Of a DNA stretch of 53,958 nucleotides, positions 39,103-48,451 are shown piece after piece. The notes beneath the pieces were generated by a model that was given only the letters and a program-made list of their open reading frames with translations, was not told the origin of the DNA and made no database searches. The stretch comes from an uncultured bacterium (GTDB taxonomy: Bacteria > Krumholzibacteriota > Krumholzibacteriia > LZORAL124-64-63), in NCBI GenBank assembly GCA_965365795.1, contig CBDUDB010000001.1, forward strand, positions 1 to 53,958, written 5' to 3'. Numbering within the stretch: the first letter of the stretch is position 1; every line of letters starts with the position of its first letter. Both the position numbers and the translations under genes were made by a program.

Positions 39103-40160
39103 TGGGGGCCGCGGTCGAGTAACCGATCCACGGCCTGCAAAACAACGCCAGGTTCAAGATCCACCATACATGGATGACCTGGTATGGGGCAATCAGTCAG
39201 GTCGCAGGGTGAACAATCCACGCCTGTTCTCACGGAAACATGCCAGGGGGCCCCGGGGTTCCATCCAACTGGGTCGGTGGGACCGAACAGGGTGACCGTG
39301 GGCACGGCCAAACTGGCTGCCAGATGGCGGGGGCCGCAGTCCGTGCCTACAAAAACCTGAGCCTGGCCGATAAGGTGCGCCAATTCCAACAGGGTCGTCG
39401 GAGGGGCAAATGCCTCGGCGGGCAACAGCTCTCTCAGCCGGGTTTCCAATTTTTCATCTCCGGGACCGGTGACCATCACGGGATGATATCCCCTTTCCCG
39501 CAAGGCCAGGAAAAGTTCGGCTGTATGTTTGGCGGGCCAGGCCTTGGCGCTCCAGGTCGCGCTCATCATCATGACCACCACGGGCCGGTTGGCACCAAAC
39601 CAGTGACTCCACCAGTTCCGGAACTTGTCACTGAAGGCCGCCAGAGTTTCCTCATCGGAGTTCGCCGTGGCGAAGCCGTCCCGCCACGGGCCGGGATTGA
39701 GACCCAGGCTCCGCAAAGGATCCAGAAAGGCCTCTCCTGCAAATCCACGCAGCTTTCTTTCACCCAGGAGGTTTCGTGGCACCTTGACGTTGTAGGCCCA
39801 GCGTCGGCGGGGAAGATCATATCCAACCCGAACCGCAGCTCCGGTCAGGATCGTCCAAATGGCCGTTCGTGGGCTACCGAGCCAATCGATGACCAGGTCG
39901 TACCTGCCGCCGCGTAAAACCCCCAACCAGGATTTACCGGCGGCGGGGGGCCAGGACAGAATCCGCAATCGGCCGGCCTCGGCGGAACGTCCGGCCAAAC
40001 CCTCCACCAAGGGGGCGAAGGAGCGGTCAATGACCAGGTCGACCGTGGCGTCCGGCCAGGCCCGAACCACTTCCAGCACCGCCCTCATGGTCACCAGGGC
40101 ATCCCCCAGCGCTTTGCGCCGTATCAGGAGGATTCTCTGAAAGGTTGGGGGCCTTGTCAC
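39099..40160 (-). CDS. Glycosyltransferase family 9 (LPS heptosyltransferase-like), paralogue 1
   Basis: 353 aa with an N-terminal ILLIRRKALGDALV and the C-terminal GT9 signature FVGTDCGPRHLAASLAVPTVTLFGPTDP. Confidence 0.85.
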   Translation of the reverse strand: MTRPPTFQRILLIRRKALGDALVTMRAVLEVVRAWPDATVDLVIDRSFAPLVEGLAGRSAEAGRLRILSWPPAAGKSWLGVLRGGRYDLVIDWLGSPRTAIWTILTGAAVRVGYDLPRRRWAYNVKVPRNLLGERKLRGFAGEAFLDPLRSLGLNPGPWRDGFATANSDEETLAAFSDKFRNWWSHWFGANRPVVVMMMSATWSAKAWPAKHTAELFLALRERGYHPVMVTGPGDEKLETRLRELLPAEAFAPPTTLLELAHLIGQAQVFVGTDCGPRHLAASLAVPTVTLFGPTDPVGWNPGAPWHVSVRTGVDCSPCDLTDCPIPGHPCMVDLEPGVVLQAVDRLLDRGPH

Positions 40161-41335
40161 GATCGCCCTTCCTCGGTCCGCTGAGTCCCGTCCAACAGGG
40201 CGCGTAATTCTTCCCAGACCACGGTCGGTTTCAGGTCAGGAAGGCAAACAAAAGCAGGGCACACATGCAAATCGCAGGGGTGGCAATGGGGCGCCCGGGC
40301 CAGAACCCGGAATGGTCCCGAACCGGTGTAGGGAAACCAGATGTCCGGATCGGTGGGACCAAACAGGGCCAACGTGGGAACATTCAGGCCGACGGCCGCA
40401 TGCATGACGCCCCCATCGACCGTCACCAAGGCCCGTGCGCCGCGGGTCAGAGTCAGCGCCTCCGGCAATGGCATGGCAGGCAGCAGCCCTCCCCTTGGCG
40501 GGGGAATCCGCCCCGCCAATTCCCTCCAGGCTTCTTCCCGGCCGGGGGCGACCATCACCACCAGAGGAAAGTCCGTACGTTCCAGAAGGATGTCGATCAA
40601 TTCACCCCAACGGCGGGCGGGCCATTCCTTGCTAGGCCAGGTGGCGCTGGGCGCCAGCAGGATATAGGATTTCCGGTCGCCGATTCCCAAACCGGCCAGC
40701 CTTGGCGCCACCGATGACTCATCCCCGGACAAGAACAAGGTGGGTTTCAATTCACCTGAGTCGAATTGTCGGGACAGCCAGGAAACAAAACCCAGACCGG
40801 ATTCCACCTGGGTCAAAGGGGCCAACCGACACAAGTGCTCCCCCAACCCGCCGGGTGCGAGGCGATGGAAATCGGGATGCTGTGAGTCCACCTCACTTTT
40901 CAACACCCGCTGGCTGAAAAGCCGACCCCGCATTTTACGCGTGCCGCCAATACGTTGGGGAATGCCCGCCAGCTTCAACAACCAGGCGCTACGCGGGTTG
41001 AAAAATAGATCAACGGCAAGGTCGTAGCGGGCCTTACGCAAATCCCCGATGGTCTGCAGGGTCGAACGGGCGGCCTCAGAGCGAACCGTGCGGGCGGCCC
41101 TTGTCTTGGCGTCCTTACCGCCTCTTTGGGTTCGTAATCTGTGGAGCCGGTCGATTCCCGGATGCCCTTCCAGAACGGAGGCATGCTCTTCCTCGCATAG
41201 ATAGCCGACGTTCAGGTCCGGGTCTCCCCGCTTCAGCGCTTCGATCAGTACGGTGGACATCACGATATCCCCGAGATAACGCAATCGGGTAAGAAGCACC
41301 GAACCGATGGGTTTGCCGTTCAGAGCCCAACTCAC
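40157..41335 (-). CDS. Glycosyltransferase family 9 (LPS heptosyltransferase-like), paralogue 2
   Basis: 392 aa with LTRLRYLGDIVMST and VTVDGGVMHAAVGLNVPTLALFGPTDP. Confidence 0.85.
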   Translation of the reverse strand: MSWALNGKPIGSVLLTRLRYLGDIVMSTVLIEALKRGDPDLNVGYLCEEEHASVLEGHPGIDRLHRLRTQRGGKDAKTRAARTVRSEAARSTLQTIGDLRKARYDLAVDLFFNPRSAWLLKLAGIPQRIGGTRKMRGRLFSQRVLKSEVDSQHPDFHRLAPGGLGEHLCRLAPLTQVESGLGFVSWLSRQFDSGELKPTLFLSGDESSVAPRLAGLGIGDRKSYILLAPSATWPSKEWPARRWGELIDILLERTDFPLVVMVAPGREEAWRELAGRIPPPRGGLLPAMPLPEALTLTRGARALVTVDGGVMHAAVGLNVPTLALFGPTDPDIWFPYTGSGPFRVLARAPHCHPCDLHVCPAFVCLPDLKPTVVWEELRALLDGTQRTEEGRS

Positions 41336-41967
41336 CGCTCGGGATCCTTCGCCGGTTCATCAGCTTCGGCCTGAACGTCGATCTGAACAATAGCGGCAAA
41401 GGCTGCGGGTAAATCCGCCGCCACCAGGACCAACGGGTCCTTTTCCCAGAGCCGGGCTACAACACCCTCCTGGGCGGCGCCATACCCCGTCCTGACCAGT
41501 ACCGCGCCCATCCCGCCATTGCGGCCCAGGGCCACGTCGCTGGCCTTGTCACCCACAACCCAGCTCCGGCGGGCGTCCCAGCGACATGTTTCGGCGGCTT
41601 CATCGAGCAGACCAGTGGCGGGTTTCCGGCAGCTGCATCCTTCCTGCGGGGCATGGGGACAGTAGTAGAACCCGTCGAAGCCAGCGCCCTGCTCAGCCAA
41701 AATTTCATCGATCCGGATCATGACGCGGTTAAATTCATCCAAGGAAAAACGACCTCGACCCAGGCCTGATTGGTTGGAAACTCCGATGATCAAAAACCCG
41801 GCGGCCGCGGCGGACCTCATGGTCTCGGCGGCCCCGGGCACCAGTTCGACCATGTCCGGGTCTCTCAAGTAATCGCGCTCGATGACCACCACGCCGTCCC
41901 GGTCCAGGAAAAGAGCGCCACCGGTGTGGTTGAGCAATGACGGACGGCAGGATTTCCAGACGGCCAT
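41332..41967 (-). CDS. gmhB: D-glycero-D-manno-heptose 1,7-bisphosphate phosphatase (HAD-IIIA)
   Basis: 211 aa with the HAD motif I LFLDRDGV, then GVSNQSG and the Zn-binding CPHAPQEGCSCRKP. Confidence 0.88.
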   Translation of the reverse strand: MAVWKSCRPSLLNHTGGALFLDRDGVVVIERDYLRDPDMVELVPGAAETMRSAAAAGFLIIGVSNQSGLGRGRFSLDEFNRVMIRIDEILAEQGAGFDGFYYCPHAPQEGCSCRKPATGLLDEAAETCRWDARRSWVVGDKASDVALGRNGGMGAVLVRTGYGAAQEGVVARLWEKDPLVLVAADLPAAFAAIVQIDVQAEADEPAKDPER

Positions 41968-43109
41968 CAGGTTCCCTCTCCTTTCAGCCGGGCACCGCCG
42001 ACAAGTTCCTTCACCGCGGCCAGCACCGTTTCACCGGTTAATGAATCCAGACAGAATTCTGACTGGTTGCAGGTTTTCCGGTAACAAGGGCGGCAGGAAA
42101 ATCCCTCCGGATAGATGGCCCTGGATTGACGCCCCAGCGGAGCCGTCCAGTCGGGATTGGAAGAACCGAAAATACCGACCGTCGGGCGATCCAGGGCGGC
42201 GGCCAGATGCATGAGTCCACTGTCATTGCCAATGAAGGCGGCCGATGCCTTGAGCACCCGCGCCGCAGCCGGCAGGTCGGTTTGGCCGGTCAGGTCCACC
42301 ACTGCAGCTCCAGCTTCGATTTCGGTGCTCCAATGGTCCTTGAATCGCTCGCGCAAGCCGGCGACAAAACCCCTCGCCGCCTCATCCCCCAGCAGAACGA
42401 CCCGGACCTTCTCTCCATCGATAGCCAATTCCAGAAAATCACCCAGGCGAGACAAGGGCCAGGTTTTGGCTTCGCCGAAGGTCGTGCCGGGGGCCACGGC
42501 CCAGACATCCGGTCCGGTGCCCAGGCCCGCCGGCGGCAGGGAAGCCAAACCAGGCAAGCAGGTGGACCATTCATTTTCACCACCGATCGGCGGCTTCACG
42601 CCAACCGACTCCAGCCAGGCGCGGCCCAGGGCCATCATCTCCAGGGAATAGTGCTGGCGGCCCCGGATCAAAGGGTCCAGTCCAACTGTCAGCAAGGCCG
42701 ATCGGCCATCGGTCCGATACCCCACACGACCGGGAATCCGGGCCAACCAGGCGGCCAGGCCGGTGCGGAGCGAAGGGGGTCCCAGAATGGCGGTATCGAA
42801 ATGGAGCCGGCGTAATTGAGATGCCAGACGGAAGATGCCCCCCACTCCCTGGTGCCTGCCTCCGCGTCCCCAAAGAACCAGGGCGTCGAGGCGCGGGTCA
42901 TCACGAAACAAGTCGGCCCAGGCGGGTCGCACCCCCAGATGAATGGCCACCGGTCGGCCGATCATTTCGGCCAGGGCCGGGCGGTATTTGTCGAGAAAAG
43001 ACAAAAGAGGTGTGAGCATGACCACGTCGCCCAGCCAGTTGGGCGCCATGACCAGCAGTCGAAAAGGGGAAACAATTCCCGGGGAACTATTCATGACTGG
43101 GTGGATCAC
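41967..43109 (-). CDS. Glycosyltransferase family 9, heptosyltransferase II (WaaF)-like, paralogue 3
   Basis: 380 aa with LLVMAPNWLGDVVM and FIGNDSGLMHLAAALDRPTVGIFGSSNP. The start is a GTG at 43109, and an alternative ATG lies at 43094. Confidence 0.85.
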   Translation of the reverse strand: MIHPVMNSSPGIVSPFRLLVMAPNWLGDVVMLTPLLSFLDKYRPALAEMIGRPVAIHLGVRPAWADLFRDDPRLDALVLWGRGGRHQGVGGIFRLASQLRRLHFDTAILGPPSLRTGLAAWLARIPGRVGYRTDGRSALLTVGLDPLIRGRQHYSLEMMALGRAWLESVGVKPPIGGENEWSTCLPGLASLPPAGLGTGPDVWAVAPGTTFGEAKTWPLSRLGDFLELAIDGEKVRVVLLGDEAARGFVAGLRERFKDHWSTEIEAGAAVVDLTGQTDLPAAARVLKASAAFIGNDSGLMHLAAALDRPTVGIFGSSNPDWTAPLGRQSRAIYPEGFSCRPCYRKTCNQSEFCLDSLTGETVLAAVKELVGGARLKGEGT

Positions 43110-44256
43110 CCGCAGCAGTCGCGGAATCCGGCCCGTCGCCGGGAAGCGGCGTGGTGATCACCGTGGAGGCGGTACTGGTGCGACCCTGGGTCACGGCCTC
43201 GACGGCTTCCATCAGGGTTTCGATATCGACCTTCTCCCCCTTGGTCACCTGGATGACCCGAGCACGCGGGCGGCCCCGCGGCATCCACTGGGGGCCGTCT
43301 GCCTTGGAAAACAGGCCGATCGCGGGCACACCCTGGGCCACGGCGAAGTGGAAAAAATCCGTGTTGCCGGAAACGAAAAGATCGCACTGGGCCAAAAGCA
43401 GGATCATTTCCAGCAGCGTGTCCCGCTGCAGGCCGACAGGAATCTCGGAAATCCTGGTCTCAAATTTCTTCAACCTACTGTTGCCCTCCGGGTCACCCAG
43501 GGGGAGGATTTTACACACCAGCTGGCTGGAAAGCTGTCGGACAAGAAACTGGATGTTGTCCAGGGCGAAGGCATGGCCACACTTGCCGAGCCCGGGGTCC
43601 ACACCGATGAGCATCTGATCGGGATTGGGTTTGTGAAAATGGACCTGCTGAGCCATCTGCCGCAGTTTTTCCAGGGGCAGAGGCCAGCGGGGAATCAAAT
43701 CCTCGGGGTCGAAGCCGAGGAAGGGTGCAGCGGTCTTCAGACGGTCCCCCAGATAACCGTCGTCGCGGTCGCCCAGACGGATTTCGAAATTCACCCCCGG
43801 CCAGGCGTCTTTGTGGGAAGGCCCGAAACGCAAGGAAGCGCCGCTGGCCAGGGCCGCCAGCTCCAGCCGGGGCTGGGGGGCAAAGGACATGATCATCGCC
43901 ATGTCGTAGTTGCCGGCTCCCAGTTTTCTCAACAGGGAGCTGAAGGCCGGACGCCAGGGGTTGAGCTGCCCCTCCTTGTAGATCAGGCACTGGCGAGCCA
44001 GACCGCTGGGAATCACCAGGGCCGCGTGCTTTTCCGGAACCAGAAAATCCATCTTGGAGCCCGGATAGCGGTGGCGAATGGCGGTCAACAGAGGCACATG
44101 GAACAGGAAGTCGCTCAGGTCACCGCAACCAATGCACAGGATCCGCGAAGTATCCGACAACGCCCTTGGAAGGGTGAACGAAGCCGCCTTTCCCTTGTTG
44201 AAGAAAGGCCGCATCAGAGTGCTGATGATCTTGTGCTCGGCCAAATAATGCCTCAC
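43087..44256 (-). CDS. Divergent glycosyltransferase family 9-like protein, paralogue 4
   Basis: 389 aa. The layout is GT9-like (ILCIGCGDLSDFLFHVPLL...; LFVSGNTDFFHFAVAQGVPAIGLF), but the conserved motifs are degenerate. There is a low-complexity Thr/Pro tail. GTG start. Confidence 0.65.
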   Translation of the reverse strand: MRHYLAEHKIISTLMRPFFNKGKAASFTLPRALSDTSRILCIGCGDLSDFLFHVPLLTAIRHRYPGSKMDFLVPEKHAALVIPSGLARQCLIYKEGQLNPWRPAFSSLLRKLGAGNYDMAMIMSFAPQPRLELAALASGASLRFGPSHKDAWPGVNFEIRLGDRDDGYLGDRLKTAAPFLGFDPEDLIPRWPLPLEKLRQMAQQVHFHKPNPDQMLIGVDPGLGKCGHAFALDNIQFLVRQLSSQLVCKILPLGDPEGNSRLKKFETRISEIPVGLQRDTLLEMILLLAQCDLFVSGNTDFFHFAVAQGVPAIGLFSKADGPQWMPRGRPRARVIQVTKGEKVDIETLMEAVEAVTQGRTSTASTVITTPLPGDGPDSATAAGDPPSHE

Positions 44257-44301
44257 TGGTCTTGAGCGGGTACCGCGCGCAGGACGTCACTGTCGCCGGG
44301 T

Positions 44302-46683
44302 TCAGTCAAGGATATCCGGAAAAATGGTGTCCCACACCTCGTCCACATGAGCGACGGGAACAAACTCGATCGCTTCCCTCACCTCATCGGGAATACTATC
44401 CAGGTCGGACTCGTTGGCCTTGGGAATGATGATCTGGCGGATCCCCACCCGGTGGGCAGCCAGGACCTTATCCAGCAAACCGCCAATGGGCAAAACTTTT
44501 CCGGTCAGGGTGATCTCCCCCGTCATGGCGGTCCGACGGCTCAGGGGTTTGTCCACCAACAGGGACAACAATACGGAGGCCATGGCAATACCGGCGCTGG
44601 GCCCATCCTTGGGAACGGCTCCGGCCGGCAGGTGGATGTGGACATCCCGCTCGCTGAAAAATTCCGAAAATTCCGGCCGATCCCCGAAGCGGTTGCGCAG
44701 GTAACTGTAGGCGGCGCTGGCCGATTCCTGCATCACGCTGCCAACCTGTCCGGTCAGGCGCAGCTGGCCGCGACCACCGGGCAAGGACAATCCCTCAATG
44801 TAGAGTATCCGGCCCCCGACCTGTGTCCAGGCCAGACCCGTCACCACCCCAACCTTCAGGCGTGCGCGAAGGCGGTCCCCGGTATAGCTGGGCGCCCCCA
44901 GATATTCCTCCAGGTTGTTGGCCCCGATGACCTGACGCTTCTTTTTCCCCTTGGCCACATCGGTGGCGACCTTGCGGCAGACGGAGCCAATTTCCCGTTC
45001 CAGGTTCCGAACTCCAGCCTCCCGCGTGTGGTCCTCCACGATCCGCATCAGACCGGCATCGGTGAAACGGATGTATTTGCCGGTCAGTCCCTTGGCCTCG
45101 ATCTGCCGGGGCATGAGATACCGCTTGGCGATCTGCAGCTTTTCCAGATTGGTGTAACCCGGTAGATGGATGACCTCCATTCGATCCAGCAGGGGCCGCG
45201 GGATAGTGTCGAGCATGTTGGCCGTGGTGATGAACATGACCTTCGACAGGTCGAATTCCAGGTTCAGGTAGTGGTCGGTGAAGTCTGAATTCTGCTCGGG
45301 GTCCAGAACCTCCAGCAGGGCGCTGGCCGGATCCCCGCGGAAATCATTGCCCAGCTTGTCGATTTCATCCAGCATGAACACCGGATTGTTGGTGCCGCAC
45401 TCCTTGATGCCGTTGATGATGCGCCCGGGCATCGATCCCACGTAGGTGCGTCGGTGTCCGCGAATTTCGGCTTCATCCCGCATGCCACCCAGGGAGAAGC
45501 GGAAAAATTTCCGCCCCACCGCTTCGGCTATGCTGCGACCCAAAGAGGTTTTACCGACCCCAGGAGGCCCGGCCAAACACAGGATCGGTCCCCGGTGATC
45601 GGCCTTCAGCTTGCGGACGGCAAGGTACTGGATGATCCGCTCCTTCACGTCCTCCAGACCATAGTGATCCCGCTCCAGAATCTTTTCGGCCCGCTTCAAG
45701 TTCAGCTTGTCCTCGCTGCTGATTTTCCACGGCAAATCCAGGAGCCAATCCAGGTAGGTCTTGCTGACGGTGTATTCGCTGGCGCCGGGCGACATGCGGC
45801 CAAGACGATCGAGTTCCCTTTCGGCGGCCAGCTGCACCTTCTCCGGAAAATCCGCGGCTTCTATCTGTTCCCGCAGGTCGTCCAGTTCGACGGAGCCCTC
45901 CTCCACCTCGCCCAGTTCCCGTTGGATGGCTTTCAGCTGCTGGCGCAGGTAGTATTCCCGCTGATCCTTGTCGATGGATTTCCGCACCCGGGTCTGAAGT
46001 TTCTGACCCAGCTCCAAAACGTCCAGTTCCCTCATCACGATCTTGGAAAGCATCTGCAAACGTTTCCGGGGAGACTTTTCTTCCAGCATCCGCTGTTTTT
46101 CGGCGACCTCGACCTCCAGGTTGGTCGCGATCAGATCGGCCAGGCGGCCGGGGTCGTCGATGTTCATCACCACGACCTTGAGTTCCTCGGAAAAGTTTTC
46201 GCTGGCGTCGATGATCTTCAGGAAGTTGTTGGCCACACCACGCATGTAGGCCAGGGTCCGGGAATCGTCCTGGATCTCCTCCTCAATCAACTCGACCTTG
46301 GCCAGCATGTAAGGATCCGAACCCACGAATTCCTTGATGCGGCAGCGGGCCACCCCTTGTCCGAGCAAGCGCATGCTGCCGTCGGGGAAACGCAGCATCT
46401 TCTGGATCTTGACGGCAGTCCCCACCCGGTAGATGAGGTCCCGGTCGTCCACGTCATCCTGGTCATCTTCAGCTATTTCGCGCTGGGAGAAGGCTCCCAG
46501 GATCTTGTCCCCGGCCAGACAATCGTCCGCCAGCTTGACCAGATTGGCGTCGCTCAGCACAAGGGGCACCATCATGGCCGGAAAGATGACGGCTTCGCTG
46601 ATGGGCAGGATGGGCATTTCCGGGGGCAGAAAAACCTCCCCCGAATGTTCCAGCTCCATGAGATCCTGATCGTTGTCCGCCAT
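44302..46683 (-). CDS. lon: ATP-dependent protease Lon (LonA)
   Basis: The start is placed at MADNDQDLMELEHSGE...LPILPISEAVIFPAMMVPL (LON N-domain). There is an AAA+ Walker A GPPGVGKTS and a protease domain with PKDGPSAG (catalytic Ser). Confidence 0.95.
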   Translation of the reverse strand: MADNDQDLMELEHSGEVFLPPEMPILPISEAVIFPAMMVPLVLSDANLVKLADDCLAGDKILGAFSQREIAEDDQDDVDDRDLIYRVGTAVKIQKMLRFPDGSMRLLGQGVARCRIKEFVGSDPYMLAKVELIEEEIQDDSRTLAYMRGVANNFLKIIDASENFSEELKVVVMNIDDPGRLADLIATNLEVEVAEKQRMLEEKSPRKRLQMLSKIVMRELDVLELGQKLQTRVRKSIDKDQREYYLRQQLKAIQRELGEVEEGSVELDDLREQIEAADFPEKVQLAAERELDRLGRMSPGASEYTVSKTYLDWLLDLPWKISSEDKLNLKRAEKILERDHYGLEDVKERIIQYLAVRKLKADHRGPILCLAGPPGVGKTSLGRSIAEAVGRKFFRFSLGGMRDEAEIRGHRRTYVGSMPGRIINGIKECGTNNPVFMLDEIDKLGNDFRGDPASALLEVLDPEQNSDFTDHYLNLEFDLSKVMFITTANMLDTIPRPLLDRMEVIHLPGYTNLEKLQIAKRYLMPRQIEAKGLTGKYIRFTDAGLMRIVEDHTREAGVRNLEREIGSVCRKVATDVAKGKKKRQVIGANNLEEYLGAPSYTGDRLRARLKVGVVTGLAWTQVGGRILYIEGLSLPGGRGQLRLTGQVGSVMQESASAAYSYLRNRFGDRPEFSEFFSERDVHIHLPAGAVPKDGPSAGIAMASVLLSLLVDKPLSRRTAMTGEITLTGKVLPIGGLLDKVLAAHRVGIRQIIIPKANESDLDSIPDEVREAIEFVPVAHVDEVWDTIFPDILD

Positions 46684-46767
46684 GTAGCTCCAGCTCCTTC
46701 CAGATATTGAGGGCGCATCCGGCGCCGTTTCTGTTCTTGTCGTGCCGCTAACCGGACCTGTTTTCAA

Positions 46768-47202
46768 TTAACGAATGATGGTGATCTGCCTCCGGTCGGT
46801 CGACCTGCCGGATCCCTTGACGAAGGTGACATACAGAAATCCGCTTCGGTACTCGGCCGTAGCACTGCCGGGATTAACTTCCACAGCAATGGGGATTTTC
46901 CGTATGAACGGGCCGACATTGATTTCCATCTTGTGGAAATGTTTTTTGCCGGGCACCGAAGATTCCTGACGAATACCCCGAACGACCAGGCTATTCTTGT
47001 CCGCCAGGACTTCGATCTGGGCTGGATCCATGCCGGCCAGATCGACCTGGACGATGAACTGTTCGGCGGTTTCGTAGGCATCGGTTGCCGGCCGCCAGCA
47101 CATATCGCTTTCACCCGGTATGACGCCGCCTTTTTGGGCATAGGAGGTCACCAGGATCTCGAAGATCTCCTCCAAATCGCCGGTTCTGTTCCTTTTGCTC
47201 AT
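46768..47202 (-). CDS. Hsp20/alpha-crystallin family small heat-shock protein
   Basis: The start is placed at MSKRNRTGDLEE, with GAGGGG upstream. The alpha-crystallin core reads WRPATDAYETAEQFIVQVDLAGMDP...YRSGFLYVTF. Confidence 0.88.
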   Translation of the reverse strand: MSKRNRTGDLEEIFEILVTSYAQKGGVIPGESDMCWRPATDAYETAEQFIVQVDLAGMDPAQIEVLADKNSLVVRGIRQESSVPGKKHFHKMEINVGPFIRKIPIAVEVNPGSATAEYRSGFLYVTFVKGSGRSTDRRQITIIR

Positions 47203-47276
47203 TTTCCCCTCGATCAATGCTACCCTGAACGGTAATACACGATAGACCGGTATGCTACCGTGCGGAACCCCGACCG

Positions 47277-48374
47277 TCAACCACACCCCTGCCCCGACTG
47301 GGACATACCAGCGCCCGGCCCGTACCAGACCGCTCCCCGGGAAACGAGCAGACTTTCGCTGGCCGGACCCAGCCGAGCCGCGGTCTGCTTGCCGGAAAGA
47401 CGCAGAACATCTTCCAGACGACCGTCGGCTTCATGGGCGGCAAAGAGGCTCCCCTGTCTGGGCTGGACGGTCCCGGATGATTCGGCCCGAAGTTCCGCGG
47501 CCAGCAAGCCCTGTCTTCGCTGCGGCAACCGTTTCCAGAGCTGGTCCACCATAGTGAACCAGGTTTGCCATCCCCGGGTTCGAGGGCCCGGGGCCGAAAC
47601 TGAATCCCGGCATCCGGCGGCCCACCTGGCCGTCAGTCGCCAGCGACCACGATCGGCCGGACTGCCGGAACAGCAGGTCACTGCGCGTACAGCCATCCCA
47701 CGGCACAGGGCCGATACCAGACGGTCACACGATACCGGGCGGGGCAGGCGGACTCCGACCACGAGTTCCCAGCCCGAGGAGGTGTCAAGGGCCGCCCTCA
47801 TGTCATCGGTTACCACACCTATCCCGAAGCCCAACGCCTCATCGGCAAGGCGCCGTCCATCGGACCCGAAAACCGAACCCAGCAAATTTCGCGGCACTAC
47901 CTGAAGATCCCCGAGAGTACGCACCCCCAACTGGCGCAGCCGGCTGACCACCGAACGCCGCGCCGGAAGAAAATCCACGGGAAAAGGCCGGAGAAAAGCG
48001 GAAACCTTTTCGGGCAGGACCGCGAGTACGCCCCCTCCGGACCGAGCCGCCATCAAGGACGCCAGGCCGGCCGCGAGCCGGGTGGGACCGGTGCCCGCAG
48101 CCAAAGGCTCTCTGGTGTTTTTTGCCAGAAGGACGGATCCCAGATTGTCCAGTGCCAGGCGGCTGACAAAGGCGGCACCATCGATTCCCCGACCATACAA
48201 CCGCTCGGTTCCGGTCATATCCAGGAAGGCCCCGCGGGAAGACAGTTCCCAGTGGGGAGTCGTGCGCCGGCAAAAATCAGCCAGGGATGGACCCGGGGTT
48301 CGGTCGGCCACATCCAGGTCGTTATCGGTCAGGCGAAGGTGCAAAACGGATCGTGATGTCCAACCGCGCTTCAT
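47277..48374 (-). CDS. Degenerate Y-family DNA polymerase homologue (ImuB-like, predicted catalytically inactive)
   Basis: 365 aa. The thumb/HhH region aligns by eye with DinB (AAGTGPTRLAAGLAS...FLRPFPVDFLP...LRQLGVRTLGDL...FG). The catalytic carboxylates are replaced: HLRLTD in place of HVDMDCFF, and SSRGAFLDMTG in place of SLDEAYLDVT. About 60 aa of palm/fingers are missing. A QGSLF clamp-motif-like sequence lies near the C-terminus. Confidence 0.7.
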   Translation of the reverse strand: MKRGWTSRSVLHLRLTDNDLDVADRTPGPSLADFCRRTTPHWELSSRGAFLDMTGTERLYGRGIDGAAFVSRLALDNLGSVLLAKNTREPLAAGTGPTRLAAGLASLMAARSGGGVLAVLPEKVSAFLRPFPVDFLPARRSVVSRLRQLGVRTLGDLQVVPRNLLGSVFGSDGRRLADEALGFGIGVVTDDMRAALDTSSGWELVVGVRLPRPVSCDRLVSALCRGMAVRAVTCCSGSPADRGRWRLTARWAAGCRDSVSAPGPRTRGWQTWFTMVDQLWKRLPQRRQGLLAAELRAESSGTVQPRQGSLFAAHEADGRLEDVLRLSGKQTAARLGPASESLLVSRGAVWYGPGAGMSQSGQGCG

Positions 48375-48386
48375 GCCCTATTCATG

Positions 48387-48408
48387 TTTCTAAATATTTT
48401 CTTAATAT
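48387..48408 (-). repeat. Tandem 11-bp direct repeat (ATATTAAGAAA ATATTTAGAAA) immediately upstream of the ImuB-like gene
   Basis: Two adjacent 11-mers are identical at 10 of 11 positions, giving GAAA-N7-GAAA on the coding strand 13-34 nt before the ATG. They form an AT-rich island in a GC-rich context. Confidence 0.6.
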
Positions 48409-48451
48409 CCAGACGCCCTCGCAAAGCACGATCCGGTGAACGCCCCGGAAT

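Noticed and set aside
46762-46767. TTGAAA directly after the hsp20 stop, resembling a sigma-32 -35 element in front of lon.
   Set aside because: No CCCCAT-type -10 element lies at 13-15 nt spacing. This is a single hexamer only.
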